Of a DNA stretch of 64,000 nt, positions 61,117 through 64,000 are shown piece by piece (positions within the stretch are counted from its first letter, which is position 1; each line of letters opens with the position of its first letter). Position numbers and translations under genes: made by a program. This stretch comes from a virus (Duplodnaviria > Heunggongvirae > Uroviricota > Caudoviricetes): IMG/VR virus record IMGVR_UViG_3300027710_001079, positions 64,833 to 128,832 of that record. One strand, given 5' to 3'. Below the pieces are notes generated by a model. The model worked only from the letters and a program-made list of their open reading frames with translations. It did not search any database and was not told the origin of the DNA.

Positions 61117-61907
61117 TAGCGTTTTCTAATAAGAGGAATAAACCATTTTGAAATATCAATTTCTCCTGGCTTATGTGCATAGTCATATTCCCAGGGCCGT
61201 GCGTGATGATTGTTGTGCAGGCCGAGACCTAATGTAAACCAATTGAACCAAGGAACATTTTGACTTGTGTCTCCGCAATCTGGGTAGTTTTGATAACTGC
61301 CTTTATGCGGAATATGTCCCCATGTATTAATTAGACCAGATAAATGGAACTCTATTACCGTTGCTGCACTTATAGAAAACACAGCTAGTCTCCAATCAAT
61401 TAAGGCTAGCAATAAAAAAGTACCCCAATATATAGAATAATAACGTTGATGATAAAACTTTAATACAGGATCTTTAATCATGTCTTTGACTAACCACATT
61501 TTTTTAAAATCCCATTTATGATTTAACCAAAGGAAATAACTCCACCAAAACCCTCGAGTAGGACTGTGTGGGTCTTTGTCAGTGTCAGAATATTTGTGAT
61601 GCAACCCTTGATGTAACACTCTCAACATTAACGGACTACCTGTGCCTGATAGCATTCCTAAGTATGCTCCTAGTTTAGCAATCCACGGATATGTTTCAAA
61701 ACTTTGATGGCAGTAATATTTGTGAATAAAAATTCCAAATCCGATATGTCCAAATAGGAACCATGAAGGGTAGATTAGCAATAACCACCATAGTGATGTA
61801 TCTCCTGTTCCTAAAGACATTAATCCTAGTAAGAATATAATGTGTTGTGGGATATACACTCTTCTAAAATTCTCTCCAAGTTCGTTCCAATAATTTAATA
61901 GTTTCAT
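61116..61907 (-). CDS. Membrane fatty-acid desaturase 4
   Basis: His boxes HKYYCH, HQGLHH and LHNNHH. Confidence 0.9.
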   Translation of the reverse strand: MKLLNYWNELGENFRRVYIPQHIIFLLGLMSLGTGDTSLWWLLLIYPSWFLFGHIGFGIFIHKYYCHQSFETYPWIAKLGAYLGMLSGTGSPLMLRVLHQGLHHKYSDTDKDPHSPTRGFWWSYFLWLNHKWDFKKMWLVKDMIKDPVLKFYHQRYYSIYWGTFLLLALIDWRLAVFSISAATVIEFHLSGLINTWGHIPHKGSYQNYPDCGDTSQNVPWFNWFTLGLGLHNNHHARPWEYDYAHKPGEIDISKWFIPLIRKR

Positions 61908-61945
61908 TAAAATATTTATCTGTATTCCAGGCCACTAAATAAAAG

Positions 61946-62515
61946 ATGCTTCCGGTAAACTCTAACCCCCACGATGATTTAAGCACAGAAGAGCTTCAAA
62001 GATTTTCTAAAGTTTTAATTATAGAAAATGCTATCAGCGATAAAGTATGTGATGAATTGGCCATATTAGGAACTTGTCAAGTATTTCCTGCGGTTAAAAA
62101 ACACACATATCAAAATAATATGAATCTAGAACATTGTTTTCTTGAAAAAGATCATATGATTCATAGTCTAATATCGCACCACTGGGAGAGAGCAGCGGAC
62201 GAATTCAACTTTGACATTTCTTTTTTAGAGCCGCACAAATTGCAAACCTATGCAAGTGGCGGATATTTTAATTCTCACATCGACAATTATCACGGATTAA
62301 ACTTACCTGTTGATAGGAAATTATCAGCAACTATACAACTAACTCACGAAACACATTACGAAGGCGGTGATCTCATAATCGGAAATACCTCAATGCCTAG
62401 GACAAAAGGAACTATGATTATTTTTCCAAGTTTCTATCCTCATAAAGTAACAGAAGTTACAAAGGGAAGGCGATGGTGTGTAGTTGCATGGGCATGGGGA
62501 CCTTATTGGAAATAA
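61946..62515 (+). CDS. Fe(II)/2OG oxygenase (PKHD/prolyl-4-hydroxylase-like)
   Basis: SHID...KLSATIQL...YEGGDL...FPSFYPHKV...GRR. Confidence 0.9.
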   Translation: MLPVNSNPHDDLSTEELQRFSKVLIIENAISDKVCDELAILGTCQVFPAVKKHTYQNNMNLEHCFLEKDHMIHSLISHHWERAADEFNFDISFLEPHKLQTYASGGYFNSHIDNYHGLNLPVDRKLSATIQLTHETHYEGGDLIIGNTSMPRTKGTMIIFPSFYPHKVTEVTKGRRWCVVAWAWGPYWK

Positions 62516-62516
62516 T

Positions 62517-63020
62517 ATGTATAATAGATTTTTTTGTAAAGCATTAAAAGATTTTGATCAAGATTGGTTATCTCAGATAGCATCATCAACGGAAAAAATA
62601 TGGTGGACTGCAAAAAATAATTCTGACGGTAGCTTAACATTTGTAAAAAATAAACCCAATGCTCAGTTTTACATGGCCAAACTACAGCATTTTCCTAATA
62701 TTGTTGATAAAATTTTAGAACAATATCCAGATGCTATGATTAAGAATAGTTATGTTACTAAATGTTTTCCGGGGTATCATATGGTGCCGCATATTGATCC
62801 TAATAGAACAACAGCTATCATTATTCCATTAGGCGATAATAAAGGCAAGATAAGTTTTTATTTTAAAAAATTTAAATTATTCACTCACACTTATAAATCG
62901 CCTACTCTTACAAGAGTGAATATTTTGCATAGTGCGGAGAACAATAGCGATCAAATCAGATATTCTGTTACATTAGAAGTTCCAGGCAGTTACTGGACTA
63001 ATGTAATTAAGTATCAATAA
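62517..63020 (+). CDS. Cupin/2OG-oxygenase-like protein
   Basis: MVPHID...ILHSAEN...RYS; start corrected to MYNRF. Confidence 0.65.
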   Translation: MYNRFFCKALKDFDQDWLSQIASSTEKIWWTAKNNSDGSLTFVKNKPNAQFYMAKLQHFPNIVDKILEQYPDAMIKNSYVTKCFPGYHMVPHIDPNRTTAIIIPLGDNKGKISFYFKKFKLFTHTYKSPTLTRVNILHSAENNSDQIRYSVTLEVPGSYWTNVIKYQ

Positions 63021-63627
63021 CCGTTCCTCTATAGTCAGTGTAATTCTGACCTTTTAAGATTTCTACTCGGTGCTCTTGTTTTAATACAAACATCCTTACT
63101 ACTACATCGGACCACTCGCACACATCTCTAAATATGTCAAAGGCCTCTATATTTGTAAGTTGGCCTCGAGGTGCAACACTTTCGTCAAACCAAGAATATC
63201 GTCTTGCCATCGGACTATGTTTTTTTATTATCTTATTTCGTATATTGTGAAGACTCTCAGGTGCAGTCATCCAAAATTTAAAATAGCCCTTAGACTCCAT
63301 TCTGGATATCATTAACTCTAACGCAGGCACCATCATGGGTGCAGTCTTACTAAAATGATTTGTGCTTTCCAATACCTTGGTTAACCCAATATACCAGCCA
63401 CCTATTCTCGGTAATTCAAACCCTACATACATACACAAAGGAGAGTCGTTTTCATCGAACACCATTGAAATATGAGTAATTCCCTTTTGTATTCTTTCTT
63501 TTAATATTGCAATCTTTTTATCCAATTGCTCGTCAGTTAGCTCTACTCTAACTGATCTTCTATCTTTTGAAAATAGTGTTTTTATTAAATGTACTTCGTC
63601 CGCCGTGATAAATCTAGTAGTATGCAT
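63007..63627 (-). CDS. Hypothetical protein, possibly GNAT-like
   Basis: 206-aa ORF; alpha/beta pattern loosely GNAT-like; TAAATA 6 nt upstream. Confidence 0.55.
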   Translation of the reverse strand: MHTTRFITADEVHLIKTLFSKDRRSVRVELTDEQLDKKIAILKERIQKGITHISMVFDENDSPLCMYVGFELPRIGGWYIGLTKVLESTNHFSKTAPMMVPALELMISRMESKGYFKFWMTAPESLHNIRNKIIKKHSPMARRYSWFDESVAPRGQLTNIEAFDIFRDVCEWSDVVVRMFVLKQEHRVEILKGQNYTDYRGTVIDT

Positions 63628-63679
63628 AATCTTTATTTAGTGGCCAGGTTTAAGGATAAATAGTATTAGGAGAATCTAT

Positions 63680-64000
63680 ATGCCAATTACAGTTACATTT
63701 CATGCCCAAAGAAATAATCTTGATCATGAATTCTTTTGGGAGTCAACTGACCCTGAAATTCTTGAAATTACAACTATGGTCAACGAACTAGCAAACTCTA
63801 GTGACATTGTACATACATTTAATAAGTCGGAAGATGGTCTGAGTGCAGAAAGTAGTTTCTATCTGTTAAACTACGATTATTGGATGGCGTTTGTTGGATT
63901 AATTCGATACAGTTCAAATAGCGATTCTTTAGGAAAACGAGATTTGTATTTTAAAAATGCTGGACACACATTGACATTTCGAGTTACTGAGCAGGACACT
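63680..64000 (+). CDS. Hypothetical protein (runs off the window edge; not in track)
   Basis: MPITVTFHAQRNNLDHEFFWES... after an AGGAG SD; TAAATA at 63657-63662. Confidence 0.7.
   Translation, partial: MPITVTFHAQRNNLDHEFFWESTDPEILEITTMVNELANSSDIVHTFNKSEDGLSAESSFYLLNYDYWMAFVGLIRYSSNSDSLGKRDLYFKNAGHTLTFRVTEQDT

Noticed and set aside
1-64000. Stop-codon reassignment (TAG is very rare as a stop; by my reading only the 45322 gene uses it)
   Set aside because: Genes are full length and tightly packed under the standard code, with no interrupted conserved proteins

Overview
This 64 kb window is best read as part of a large lytic myovirus genome (T4-superfamily-like, jumbo-phage gene content) infecting a Gram-negative host. 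The evidence is a spanin/GH19 lysis cassette, PhoH, a clamp loader, T4 gp10-type baseplate N-termini, consensus sigma70 promoters and TAAATA late-promoter-like boxes. About 1-12 kb holds a truncated dnaJ, the lysis cassette and replication/chaperone genes. About 12-30 kb is a virion module with an S8 protease, three Gly-X-Thr collagen-like fibres, a baseplate-like protein and a 2155-aa fibre. About 30-47 kb holds uvsE, dadA, queD, clpP, galE, a glycosyltransferase, lipoproteins and two HEXXH paralogs. About 47-64 kb is the most unusual part: an AT-rich, mixed-orientation enzyme island. It encodes 4 membrane desaturases, an acyl carrier protein, 2 radical SAM enzymes, 5 Fe(II)/2OG-type oxygenases, a diverged PurD-like ATP-grasp ligase, a PP-loop enzyme, a Na+/solute symporter, a methyltransferase, 2 glycosyltransferases, tRNA-Thr and an atypical 101-nt tRNA-like RNA. 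Cassette-leading genes there carry TAAATA boxes, several only 4-6 nt before the ATG. All family assignments come from motif recognition by eye; no database search was run.
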